Assembly: GCA_050745985.1 (NCBI GenBank)
Contig: JBOGLG010000046.1
Location: 29,398 to 93,397 of the forward strand
Direction of reading: 5' to 3'
Source: Terriglobales bacterium
Lineage (GTDB): Bacteria > Acidobacteriota > Terriglobia > Terriglobales > Acidobacteriaceae
DNA length: 64,000 bases
Of the stretch, positions 45,065 to 54,585 are shown piece by piece (within the stretch, counting starts at the first letter, position 1; each line of letters begins with the position of its first letter). The notes under the pieces were generated by a model. That model did no database searches. It had not been told where the DNA came from and saw only the letters and a program-made list of their open reading frames with translations. The translations under genes and the position numbers were made by a program.

Positions 45065-46749
45065 TGCCTTCTTGAAGCAGAAAGCGAATAGGCGCGTCGC
45101 CCCACGATCCCCTTTCCTTCCTGAATTGTGACGGTCTGGCCTGTTGTGACGTTTTCCAGTTTGTCGGCTTGCCCGCCCGGCCATTGCACTTCGACAGCGT
45201 CGGCCCGGCCCGCGGCCCCAAGGCCAAATGTCAATGTCAGTTCGCTCTGCGACAGATAACTCGAACCGCTGTGTACCATCTGCCACTCGACATCCTTGCC
45301 CGAAGTTACGCGCACCACCGCGCCGATGCCATCGCGGTTCGATTTCGTTCCTGCCAACTTCACCCGCAGACTGTGATGGCCTCCGCCCTCGTTGTGAAAC
45401 AAATACGCAGGACCCCCGTTGGTGGTGAACAAGACATCCAGAGAGCCATCGTTGTCGATATCGGCGTAGGCCGCTCCGCGTGCGACTTTTGGGCTGGCAA
45501 AAGCTGGCCCCAGCGAATCCGTCACTTCCTGAAACTTCCCGCCGCCGAGGTTACGGAACACATGCGGCGGCTCGGCATAGGTCACGCGTTTCTGCACGCG
45601 CTCAATCTGGTCCTCAATATGACCGTCGGCAACCAGAATGTCAGGCCAGCCGTCATTGTCGTAGTCGAAAAAGAAGCAGCCGAATCCCAGCGTCACCAGA
45701 GTGGCTCGCCCGACCTCCGACCGCGGCGCCTCGTCCACAAACAAATCTTTACCTTCGTTGTGGTAAAGCGACAGCATTTGATTCGCGAAATTGCTGATGA
45801 TGATGCTGGGACGGCCGGAGCGGTCGTAATCGGCTGCGTCCACGCCCATGCCAGCGCGGGCTACTCCCTCTTCGCTGAAGCCGATGCCGGCTTCAATTCC
45901 CTTCTCCGCGAACGTCCCGTCGCCTCGGTTGAGATAAAGCTTATTCGGCTGGGTGTCATTGGCCAGCAAAATATCCGGCCAGCCATCGCCGTTGGAATCA
46001 AGGATGGCGACCCCGAGGCCCTTGGAATTCGGATCGTAGAGCTTCGCTTTCGCGGTAGCGTCTTCAAACTTTCCGTTTCCCAAGTTGTGCCAAAGGCGCG
46101 CCGAGCTTCCCTTATAGGACTCCGGAGTGCAATAGGATTTGTGAACACCGTCGAGCGTGCAGTAGAGGTCGGTCTTCTCTGACCACTGCACGTAATTCGC
46201 GACCACCAGGTCAAGCCTGCCATCGCGGTCGTAGTCCACCCAGGCGGCGCTGGTGGAGAATTCGTTCGGCCCCGACAATCCGGCAGCCTTGGTGACATCC
46301 GTAAAACTGCCGTTGCCGTTGTTGTGAAATAGATGGCTCTGGCCGACGGCGGTAATAAAAAGGTCGTCAAAGCCGTCGTTGTCATAATCACCGACTGCGA
46401 CGCCGAGCCCGTACATCGGCACCGCAAGTCCGGCTTCATGGGTAACGTCAGTGAACGAGCCGTCGTGATTGTTGTGGTAGAGCTTCAGCGTGGTCCGGCC
46501 GGACTTCGCATGATCTGGCCAGTCCATGCCATTCACCAGCACAATGTCGGGCCAGCCATCGTTGTCGTAGTCGATGAACGCGCATCCCGGCCCCATGGTT
46601 TCGGGAAGATACTTTTTCCCGAAGGCGCCGTTGTTGTGGACGAAGCGGATGCCGGCACTCGCCGTGATATCGCGAAATCGAATGGACTGCGCGTGGGTAA
46701 AACTGAGAAGGACCAACAAACTCACGGGCGCGAGGAAGCCACGCCTCAT
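45061..46749 (-). CDS. CRTAC1-family secreted protein (FG-GAP/VCBS repeats + UnbV/ASPIC)
   Basis: The internal ATG at 46749 gives signal peptide MRRGFLAPVSLLVLLSFTHAQS and overlaps the upstream stop (ATGA). Repeats DYDNDGWPD, DYDNDGFDD, DYDRDGRLD, DSNGDGWPD, DYDRSGRPS, DIDNDGSLD. UnbV motif GSSYLSQSELTLTFGLG. Confidence 0.88.
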   Translation of the reverse strand: MRRGFLAPVSLLVLLSFTHAQSIRFRDITASAGIRFVHNNGAFGKKYLPETMGPGCAFIDYDNDGWPDIVLVNGMDWPDHAKSGRTTLKLYHNNHDGSFTDVTHEAGLAVPMYGLGVAVGDYDNDGFDDLFITAVGQSHLFHNNGNGSFTDVTKAAGLSGPNEFSTSAAWVDYDRDGRLDLVVANYVQWSEKTDLYCTLDGVHKSYCTPESYKGSSARLWHNLGNGKFEDATAKAKLYDPNSKGLGVAILDSNGDGWPDILLANDTQPNKLYLNRGDGTFAEKGIEAGIGFSEEGVARAGMGVDAADYDRSGRPSIIISNFANQMLSLYHNEGKDLFVDEAPRSEVGRATLVTLGFGCFFFDYDNDGWPDILVADGHIEDQIERVQKRVTYAEPPHVFRNLGGGKFQEVTDSLGPAFASPKVARGAAYADIDNDGSLDVLFTTNGGPAYLFHNEGGGHHSLRVKLAGTKSNRDGIGAVVRVTSGKDVEWQMVHSGSSYLSQSELTLTFGLGAAGRADAVEVQWPGGQADKLENVTTGQTVTIQEGKGIVGRRAYSLSASRRH

Positions 46750-49622
46750 CTCGATCCTCCAGTCGCTACGGGGCCCGAGCTTCGCGCGGCCGGACAACCG
46801 GGGGCGGACGTCCCTACGCAAGTGTTGCCAAGGCTCGCCAACGGCACGGACACGTGTTCATGAATTGGCTGGCGTTCGTTGTTGTCTTCGGGATTTAGCC
46901 GGCGATAAGGGCCGGTGATCGCCTGAGCCGACTCGTCCGCTTTGAATCGCAAATAACGTATCTCGTGGGCACGAGCCTGTGTTTCTTCTCCGAGCCCGTG
47001 GTAGCAGAGCATCAGGTTGTAGTGCGCCTGCAAATCTTCGGGATCGATGGCGAGGACGGCTTGCAGAACTCGCACCGCATCCGCGTATTTGCGTTGCAGG
47101 AAAAGGATGCGACCGAGGTCGTTCAACGCCACACGGTCACGCGGATACTGGGCCAGAACCTGTCGCAAATGCCCGGCGGCGTCATCATAACGACCCTCGC
47201 TCCGCAACACTTTGGCATAGAAGAAGTGAGCACGCGCCAGGGAAGGGCTCAGCGCCAAGGCCTTATCCAGCACCACACGGGCTCGATCCATGTCGCCCTC
47301 TTGCACCGCGACACGGCCCAGGTTGACCCAGCCGTCGGGATTTCCGGAGTCCGCTTCGGTCGCCTTCTCAAACGCCGCCCACGCAGCTTTAAGATCGCCC
47401 TGTAGAAAAAGCCCGATCCCGTAGTCGTTCCACCGTTGCCAATCTCCCGCCAGCACGGCGGTCCTGGGCTCTGGCTCAGGCGCGTTGTGGGGTGCGACAT
47501 CGAGCGTGGCTTCATCCTCGGCGACCACCACAATAGGAAGATCCGGAATCTTCTCCTCCTTCGCCGATACGCCGCGCAGCGAACCAGTAAACGCAAATTT
47601 GCGATCATCGTAGTCAGCAGTGGCTTCGCCAGCTTCGGGGACTCCGGCAAATGAGAATTGAGTGTTCCACCAGGCAAATTTGCGGTAACAAAGACGGGCT
47701 TGTAGTGTGATTTTGTGCCCGGCGGTCTGCGGGATGTGCAAGCGATAGTGAACCGTGTCAGCCGCGCCCGGCGGAATCAAATGAACATAGACAACCGCTC
47801 GCGTGGCCCAGGCATTCCGCTTGTTGATGCGATTGCCGTGGGCGTCGACTTGCAGCGAACGATAAAAGTGCGCGCCCCTTTCCACTGGTCCCTTGCCACC
47901 ATCTTCGACCATGCCGCTCCAGAATATGGTCTGGCCCTTTTCGTCCGTTGCCTTCAGTTCGAGCCAGGTGTCGTAGGCATCGACGGTTCCACCAGGGAAG
48001 AAGTGCCCGATCTTTTTCGTGCGCACTACTACCTCCACACGCAGGGTGTCGCCCCTGCGAACAGTGGGCCGCACTCGATTCAGCGGAGCGGTGATGGGAG
48101 ATACTTCGTCTTGGCCAGCGGACGTGACTTTGCTCTCGGCTTCTTCACCGACCGCGAAATTCGTGGACAGTTCAGGTTGAGTCGGCGCATTGAGTGCCGG
48201 AGCACCCGGCTCCTGCGAGAGAGCGAAAATATCCACGCTCAGGATATCGTTCTTCAGGAAATCTTCCGTAAGCTTGAGTTGCTCGGCGTCGCCATTCGCG
48301 GTAGGCAGGGCGGTGTTCGCTCCGGGAAAGCGGTGAGAGTGCACGAACCCGTTGACGCCCCCGAAATCAGAAGAACGAGTGAGCGGCATGTGGCAATCCG
48401 CGCATTGCGCGGGTTTAGCCGGATAGTAAAACGACCGCGCTCCCTGGCCTGACACCCCGCTCGCCTGCCAGTTGTCGTATTCGTTGAAACCGCGTATCCA
48501 GCGATAGTGGTTTACCGGCACATCGAGATGGACCTTGTGGCAAGCCGAGCAGAATTCAGCCGTCTGCGCGCGCATGAAAGGCTTGAGAAACACACGCCGG
48601 TGCGGCTCAGGATTCAGCTTCACCACAAAGTCATGGAAAAGACGCGCGACGGGATTCGTGGTCGCCGCCAATTCGTGCAATTTGGGATATTCCAGGTAGA
48701 AATCAGCCTGCCCCATGGTGCTCTTCACTGCGGCGATCGAGTGGCACATCATGCAGCCAAGGCCCGCTTGCGCCTCGGGACGATGCACAATCTGCTTGAT
48801 GGGCGTGTCCATCAGTCCGCTGTAGAGTACGGCTGGGTCGTGGCATCCACCGCACCATTTCGAGGGCCGCGTGCCAACTGTGTCTTGCATGTACTCGACG
48901 CTCTTGCGGTACCACTGATTGTTGAACGACGAAAAATGGTGCGCCGAACTGAACCACTGGTTGTAGATGTCTTGGTGGCAACGCTTACACGACTCCGATT
49001 CCATGAAGAACTTGCTGGGAATTTTCTGTCCGCCATACACTTGGGCGGAACTGGGGAAAAACGACCCCATGGGGCCGTCGCCTTCTCCGTTCATCGTGGC
49101 GGGAGGCATAGGAGGATTTTCGATGCGCGCCTGGCGCTGCCAGCGCGTGTCTCGCAGATAACCGGCGCCCGCGACGAGAGACCCAATGACCGCTAAGACA
49201 ATTGCGTATCGAGACAGCGATCCTGAAAAGCCCCGGGTTGTCCCCCACCGTGATCCGGCCCCTTCAGCAATCAATACGCCGAGCGCGGCCAACGACAAAC
49301 CGATATGGAGGTACATCAAGTTCCATTGCGATCGCGGGGTGCCGGTCTTTATCAGGATCAGTCCCACCAGCGCGCCGGTGGTCAGTAATATCCAGCCCAA
49401 CCGGGAGGCAAGATTTCGCCCTCGCAACCGGCGAGCAAGAAACAGCAGAAGAAGAAATGCCGTGATCAGGCCCGCCAACGCGTGCAACAGGACCACTCCG
49501 GCGTAGAAAATGTTGGGCTGAGGTAATACGTAGAGGTAGGCAGCAGACGCCGACAAAAATATCAGCAGCCAAGTGAGTGCACGGCCTTGCGCCAATCCCC
49601 GAGACCGCGGTTCCTGTGTCAT
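46746..49622 (-). CDS. membrane-anchored pentahaem c-type cytochrome fused to C-terminal TPR repeats
   Basis: N-terminal ~5 TM helices. Five CxxCH motifs (CKRCH, CGGCH, CMMCH, CSACH, CADCH) within about 250 aa. A beta-rich middle region. C-terminal TPRs (AWAAFEKATEADSGNPDGWVNLGRVAVQEGDMDRA...). Confidence 0.85.
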   Translation of the reverse strand: MTQEPRSRGLAQGRALTWLLIFLSASAAYLYVLPQPNIFYAGVVLLHALAGLITAFLLLLFLARRLRGRNLASRLGWILLTTGALVGLILIKTGTPRSQWNLMYLHIGLSLAALGVLIAEGAGSRWGTTRGFSGSLSRYAIVLAVIGSLVAGAGYLRDTRWQRQARIENPPMPPATMNGEGDGPMGSFFPSSAQVYGGQKIPSKFFMESESCKRCHQDIYNQWFSSAHHFSSFNNQWYRKSVEYMQDTVGTRPSKWCGGCHDPAVLYSGLMDTPIKQIVHRPEAQAGLGCMMCHSIAAVKSTMGQADFYLEYPKLHELAATTNPVARLFHDFVVKLNPEPHRRVFLKPFMRAQTAEFCSACHKVHLDVPVNHYRWIRGFNEYDNWQASGVSGQGARSFYYPAKPAQCADCHMPLTRSSDFGGVNGFVHSHRFPGANTALPTANGDAEQLKLTEDFLKNDILSVDIFALSQEPGAPALNAPTQPELSTNFAVGEEAESKVTSAGQDEVSPITAPLNRVRPTVRRGDTLRVEVVVRTKKIGHFFPGGTVDAYDTWLELKATDEKGQTIFWSGMVEDGGKGPVERGAHFYRSLQVDAHGNRINKRNAWATRAVVYVHLIPPGAADTVHYRLHIPQTAGHKITLQARLCYRKFAWWNTQFSFAGVPEAGEATADYDDRKFAFTGSLRGVSAKEEKIPDLPIVVVAEDEATLDVAPHNAPEPEPRTAVLAGDWQRWNDYGIGLFLQGDLKAAWAAFEKATEADSGNPDGWVNLGRVAVQEGDMDRARVVLDKALALSPSLARAHFFYAKVLRSEGRYDDAAGHLRQVLAQYPRDRVALNDLGRILFLQRKYADAVRVLQAVLAIDPEDLQAHYNLMLCYHGLGEETQARAHEIRYLRFKADESAQAITGPYRRLNPEDNNERQPIHEHVSVPLASLGNTCVGTSAPGCPAARSSGPVATGGSR

Positions 49623-49673
49623 CGCCTGGATCGATCCAATGGCTTTCTGTGCGCACAGTATAAACGGAGGGGA

Positions 49674-51089
49674 TTACGCAATCGGAGGCCGCCGCCAATT
49701 TCCGCATGTCTGTTCCACCGCGGCAGCAACCTCCAAAACCAGCTCCTCCTGCCAGGGCCGGGCCGAAATCTGGACTCCGATCGGCAAGCCTGCCTGTGAC
49801 TGGCCGACGGGAACGACGGCCGCAGGCGTTCCCAGCAGGTTGAACCACTCGGTGTAACTCCAGGCGTCGAGATATTCGACTGTCTTTCCGTCGATCTTCC
49901 AGCTACGTTCGCCGTGCCGGAACGCAGGAATCGCAGCCACCGGACAAAGCAAAATGGGATAGTCGCGCATCTGCTCAAAGACTTGCATGCGCACGATGTC
50001 ACGCTGAATCCAGGTATCGAGAAGAGTTTGAGCGGTGTGCGCCGGCTCCGCCGCCACCCGATTGGAAAATTCTTTGAGGATCGGGCTGAGCTCCACTTCC
50101 CTGCCCTTGGTCATCGGGCCAAGCAACATTCCCCCGGCAATTCCGAAAAACTGCCACCACAGTTGTCGCGCCCTTTCCAGACCCTCGGGACGAAAGGGCT
50201 CGACTGAGAATCCCGCAGCTTTCAAACCTTCCGCTGCAACACGAACAGCCTCACGCGTTTCGGACGTGACAGGCGTTCGTCCGTCATCCTCGAAATAACC
50301 TACGCGCAGCCGCCTCACATCTTCTTTATCCGGCCATCGCAGGGGAACCGGTGCGGCCGAGGGATCGCCATCGTCCGGGCCCTGCATCACTTCAAACAGC
50401 ACCTTCAAGTCAGCCACAGTTCGCGCCATGGGTCCCACCACGCCCAGCAATGCGAACGGTCCAACGGACGCCGGAAAATGCCCGGTCGCCGGGATGCGGC
50501 CCGGTGTGGGCTTCAATCCGCAGATTCCACTGAAGTGCGCGGGAACCCGTATGGAGCCGCCGCCATCGCTGCCGACGCCACCCGCAGAGCAGCCGCTGGC
50601 GATTGCCGCGGCTTCTCCACCGCTCGAGCCGCCGGGGGTTCGCGACACATCCCAGGGATTGTTGGTGCGCCCATACAGCAGATTGTCCGTCTCCCAAGCC
50701 ATCAACAGTTCTGGAGTATTCGTGGTCCCCAAAATAATCGCCCCCGCATCGCGCAGCCGCGAGACCAAAGGCGCGTCTTCTTCCGCGATCAACCCCGTCC
50801 GTAGTTTTGTCCCGGCCTCGCAACCAAGTCCTTTCACCTGGATCGCGCTCTTGATGCTGAGCGGCACTCCGTGCAACGGCCCGAGCTGGCGCTTGCCCAA
50901 TACCGCAACTTCTGCTTGACGGGCCTGGTCACGGGCGCCAGACAAGTCCACTTGCACGAATGCATTCAGCTTCGCATTCAGGCTTTCGATCCGCGTCAGA
51001 TGAGCTTCGACCAGCTCCAGTGGGGACACTTTCTTTTCGCGAATTTGTTGCGCCATGGAAACCGCCGGCAGGAAGGTCAGGTCAGACAA
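49674..51089 (-). CDS. amidase (amidase-signature family)
   Basis: GGSSGGEAAAIA signature. K...S-cisS-S architecture (PLSIKSAIQV...GSDGGGSIRVPA). 471 aa. Confidence 0.9.
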   Translation of the reverse strand: MSDLTFLPAVSMAQQIREKKVSPLELVEAHLTRIESLNAKLNAFVQVDLSGARDQARQAEVAVLGKRQLGPLHGVPLSIKSAIQVKGLGCEAGTKLRTGLIAEEDAPLVSRLRDAGAIILGTTNTPELLMAWETDNLLYGRTNNPWDVSRTPGGSSGGEAAAIASGCSAGGVGSDGGGSIRVPAHFSGICGLKPTPGRIPATGHFPASVGPFALLGVVGPMARTVADLKVLFEVMQGPDDGDPSAAPVPLRWPDKEDVRRLRVGYFEDDGRTPVTSETREAVRVAAEGLKAAGFSVEPFRPEGLERARQLWWQFFGIAGGMLLGPMTKGREVELSPILKEFSNRVAAEPAHTAQTLLDTWIQRDIVRMQVFEQMRDYPILLCPVAAIPAFRHGERSWKIDGKTVEYLDAWSYTEWFNLLGTPAAVVPVGQSQAGLPIGVQISARPWQEELVLEVAAAVEQTCGNWRRPPIA

Positions 51090-51143
51090 GCACTCGCACT
51101 CCAGAGAAGTGCGAGTCTAGCACGGCGTGGCGACTTGACCGGC

Positions 51144-51884
51144 CTAGATGGAGACCAATGATCGGGAATTCCGGGAGTTCCTCGGCGGCAACAGGACGCG
51201 CACTGCGTCCTTCGTCGTGACATGGCGGCGCGCAAACCAACTGCGAAGATATCTCCTGGATGCTGGCGTAAGCCGCGAGAAGAACAAACCAGCGCGTCCG
51301 GTTTCGTCTGCCCAGATCACCTCTCCGATCGCATGCACCGTCTGCGCCGTACCCGGTAAGACAAAACGCAACGGTACACTCTGGGCCTGGGACAAGGGTT
51401 CGGGCGCTTGCAACGCCAATCCCTGTTCGCTGAGATCGCGCAGCAGGGCGGGCAGGAGCGTGCCCGCAATTTGCAGTTGCACCAGCGCTTTTACTGTGTC
51501 CCGGGCCGAGCGGCGCCGGTCACGGCGCATGAAGTGCTTCGCATCCCAGAACGACTGCGCCACATCTCGTGCCTTCAATGGTTTGTGCAAAACAAACTTG
51601 GCTCCCGCCTGAAACGCGCCGCTCACCGGCCCCAGTTCGGTGACCAGGGCCAGCAACAACGGTGGCCGCTCGGAGCGCACCAGGGGCGCCATCTGGGCGA
51701 CTTGGGCAGCCCCAGGTTCGTCAAAATCCAGCACCATGGCCGAGTAGGGACGCTTCGCCAACAGATCCAGTGCCTGAGCGCACGAGGGGCAGACCTCGGC
51801 CTCGATCTCGAGCTTTCTGAGCACCGCCGTCAGACAGCGCAGGCTCGTGGGGTCTTGCAGAACCAATAACGAGTTCAGCCTCAT
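51144..51884 (-). CDS. response-regulator receiver domain fused to PilZ domain
   Basis: REC landmarks: VLQD, the phospho-acceptor position in AMVLDFDEPG, LVT, and HKP. PilZ motifs RRDRRRSAR (RxxxR) and DLSEQGLAL (DxSxxG). Confidence 0.8.
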   Translation of the reverse strand: MRLNSLLVLQDPTSLRCLTAVLRKLEIEAEVCPSCAQALDLLAKRPYSAMVLDFDEPGAAQVAQMAPLVRSERPPLLLALVTELGPVSGAFQAGAKFVLHKPLKARDVAQSFWDAKHFMRRDRRRSARDTVKALVQLQIAGTLLPALLRDLSEQGLALQAPEPLSQAQSVPLRFVLPGTAQTVHAIGEVIWADETGRAGLFFSRLTPASRRYLRSWFARRHVTTKDAVRVLLPPRNSRNSRSLVSI

Positions 51885-52117
51885 CGAGCTTTAGCCTAAG
51901 CGGCGACTTTTCTTCCGCAAAGTAACAGCTGTAATTTTCTTGTGGTTACCGGCGCGCCTTGCTCCCGAACTGGCACCCAGAACATTTCGGGGCCCCACGG
52001 CTCAGACAGCGCCTACTAAGCGCTTTCTATCCAATGAGATAACTGCGATTGCACGCGGCCTATTCTTTCGTAATCTCCCGTCGGAGCATGGTTCAATGCG
52101 ATATTTAAGGGACAATC

Positions 52118-52522
52118 ATGGCTAGGCCCACCCAAAAGAACGTCAAACGCGCACCGCGCGTGAAGCTCGGGGGCACGGTGCTTTTTCTGGCGCGCCTCGA
52201 GAACGGCCGGCAACTGCGGGGAAAACTGCATCAGCTCTCCACCACCGGCGGTCTCTTGCAAGTGGAAAAGCCCCTCGACGAAGGCATCAAAGTGGAAGTG
52301 ATTTTTCACGTGGGTAACAGCACCGTCCGCAGCAAGGCCAGAGTGTTTTTTCCCATGTGGGCCACACAAGGTTACCTGCAACCGTTCGAATTTGATGAAC
52401 TCAATGAAGTCGAGCGCTCGGCTTTGCAGGCGAACCTGCTAAAGTTGTTGAAGGGCCAAGCGGCGGCGACCAAAGAAAGCAGCGAAACCACTCCTGCCAT
52501 GGATTCCGCTTCCGCGGTGTAG
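52118..52522 (+). CDS. single-domain PilZ-like protein with degenerate c-di-GMP motifs
   Basis: KRAPRVKL stands in place of RxxxR, and QLSTTGGLL in place of (D/N)xSxxG. Beta-barrel-like length, 134 aa. Confidence 0.65.
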   Translation: MARPTQKNVKRAPRVKLGGTVLFLARLENGRQLRGKLHQLSTTGGLLQVEKPLDEGIKVEVIFHVGNSTVRSKARVFFPMWATQGYLQPFEFDELNEVERSALQANLLKLLKGQAAATKESSETTPAMDSASAV

Positions 52523-52590
52523 CCTTCCGCTCCCACCGGTTCGTTCCATTCCGTTAGAATGTTCTGGACATCCGCCAATTGGAGACTCTG

Positions 52591-52968
52591 ATGGCACACC
52601 AGCATTCTCCTCGTTTTCTTCGCATCGTCGAAGATGCCAGGAAGCGAGTCCGGGAAACCACCGTCGACGAGGTAAAGTCGAAATTGGATCGCGGCGAGAA
52701 GTTTCTTCTGATTGACGTGCGCGAAGATAACGAATACGCCAAGGACCACCTGCCCGGCGCCATCCATCTGGGCAAAGGAATAATCGAGCGCGATGTCGAA
52801 GAACGGGTCCCGGACTTGAACGCACCCATGGTCCTGTACTGCGGCGGCGGTTTCCGCTCCGCCCTGACGGCCGACAACCTCCAGAAGATGGGCTACAGTC
52901 AGGTAATTTCCATGGATGGCGGCATTCGCGAGTGGCGTGAAAAAGGATACCCGCTAACCAAGCAGTAA
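52591..52968 (+). CDS. rhodanese-domain sulfurtransferase
   Basis: ATG at 52591 is preceded by GGAGA. LIDVREDNEYAKDHLPGAIHL and active-site loop YCGGGFRS. Confidence 0.9.
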   Translation: MAHQHSPRFLRIVEDARKRVRETTVDEVKSKLDRGEKFLLIDVREDNEYAKDHLPGAIHLGKGIIERDVEERVPDLNAPMVLYCGGGFRSALTADNLQKMGYSQVISMDGGIREWREKGYPLTKQ

Positions 52969-53095
52969 GCGCGTTACTTCGGCCCGCTCCGCTCTCAAAA
53001 GTACTTCGGTAACTTGATGACCCAGTCCCAACAGGTCACGATAGTGACGCTGCCGTGGATACCAGTCTGGCGGCACGGCTTAGATATAAGACGAT

Positions 53096-53662
53096 ATGGC
53101 GGGAAAATTGAACTCGACTTCGGGAGCAGCGGCCGCTCCGGCGCGGGCCGCGAAATCTTCTGTCGAATCTGTATTGGCGCAGGCAGTCACACCGGAAAAA
53201 TTTCGCGCTGCAGTCTCCAAATTCTTCGGCGTGCGGCCCAACGAAGTTGCCCTGTTGCGCCTGGAAAAGGGTCTGCTGAAATTCGTATTTCCTGACCAAC
53301 TAAAAACTGCCGGCTCGATTCCCGTCTCCAGTTCGTCGTCGGTGGCCGCGCATACTGCTTCTACCAAGAAGACGGAGCTGTTCAACACTTTCGCCAAAGT
53401 CAAGCACGCTCGCGTGTTTGAAACCGTACGGCTCGGTACGACCGAGGAGACCGACCATTCGGAACAGACTTCCATTCAGAAACTGATGTCGGCGCCGATT
53501 CTCAACCCGCAGAAGAAAGTCCTGGGCGTAATCCAGATTTGCCGAAAGGGATTCGATCTGGCTTCTTCAGGGCCGGATTTCACACTCGACGACTTGCAGC
53601 AACTCGAAGAAGCTGCTCGCGTCGCCGCAACATTGCCGTTTCTCGTCGAGGCCGGCAAGTAG
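53096..53662 (+). CDS. GAF-like domain protein
   Basis: 188 aa. The core ...VALLRLEKGLLKFVFP...SIPVSSSSSVAAHTASTKK...LMSAPILNPQKKVLGVIQICRKG... resembles small stand-alone GAF proteins. Motif-level call only. Confidence 0.65.
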   Translation: MAGKLNSTSGAAAAPARAAKSSVESVLAQAVTPEKFRAAVSKFFGVRPNEVALLRLEKGLLKFVFPDQLKTAGSIPVSSSSSVAAHTASTKKTELFNTFAKVKHARVFETVRLGTTEETDHSEQTSIQKLMSAPILNPQKKVLGVIQICRKGFDLASSGPDFTLDDLQQLEEAARVAATLPFLVEAGK

Positions 53663-53696
53663 GGCATTCTCCCCAGGGTGTCCCGCCGCAACGCCT

Positions 53697-54464
53697 TTAA
53701 TTCTTGCGTGAGGTGCGGTTCTTGTAAGCAATCTTCATCGCTGCATCCAGTCCCTGCTTTTCCTCGTTGGTCAGGAGTCTCGAGCCCCCCTTGCTCAACT
53801 CGCCCAACTGAAGCGGCCCTATGGCAACGCGCACCAGTCGCAGTACTTCGATCTCGTGGGCGGCAAGCATGCGTCGGATCTGACGATTCTTGCCTTCGTC
53901 GAGTACGATCTCCAGCCAACTCTTCTTGCCACCGCTCCGCAATAGGCGTGCCGCTTTGGCTCGCAGAATCTTGCCTTCTGACGCCATCCCCCGGACCAGA
54001 GCGGTTAAAAGATCGTCGTTGGCCACGGTCGCAATCTGCACGTGGTAAGTCTTGTCCAGATGCGTTTCCGGCGCCAGCACGCGCGCGGCCCAGTCCGTAT
54101 CGTTGGTCAGAAGCAAGAGACCTTCGCTGGCCTTATCGAGACGCCCCACCGGCCCGAGCCAGGGCAAATTCCTATCCAGACCCGCATATACGGTTTTGCG
54201 GCCCTTCTCATCGCTGGCCGTCGTCACTACACCGCGGGGTTTGTTCAGCATCAGGTAAATCTTGGCCGGTGCGGCAGTCGTGCGGCCCTCGACTTCGATC
54301 CGGTCCCGTTGCCAATTGACCGGCCGCTCCGGATCGCGTTGGATGGTTCCGTTAACCGTCACTCGCCCCTTGCCAATCAGACGAAATGCCGCCGAGCGCG
54401 AGCAATATCCCAGTTTTGAAAGTGCGCGTGCCAAACCCACTCGTGGCGAAGTTAGCGAAGTCAC
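53697..54464 (-). CDS. rRNA pseudouridine synthase (RsuA/RluB family) with S4 domain
   Basis: S4 segment LARALSKLGYCSRSAAFRLIGKGRVTVNG. Catalytic segment GRLDKASEGLLLLTND. Confidence 0.9.
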   Translation of the reverse strand: MTSLTSPRVGLARALSKLGYCSRSAAFRLIGKGRVTVNGTIQRDPERPVNWQRDRIEVEGRTTAAPAKIYLMLNKPRGVVTTASDEKGRKTVYAGLDRNLPWLGPVGRLDKASEGLLLLTNDTDWAARVLAPETHLDKTYHVQIATVANDDLLTALVRGMASEGKILRAKAARLLRSGGKKSWLEIVLDEGKNRQIRRMLAAHEIEVLRLVRVAIGPLQLGELSKGGSRLLTNEEKQGLDAAMKIAYKNRTSRKN

Positions 54465-54585
54465 CCGTTCATGCTAATTGATGATGATGCCCCCGGATTG
54501 AATCCTTGCATTAGACGAACCCGGCCCGGCCCCCGCTATTGTGGTTCGGCCCGCCTGCTGCGGTGCTAAAATAAGGGCACATCCA

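Noticed and set aside
51971-51990. TGGCAC hexamer in the REC-PilZ / PilZ divergent region, considered as a sigma-54 -24 element.
   Set aside because: The downstream sequence (CCAGAACATTTCG) lacks the TTGC -12 element at the required spacing.
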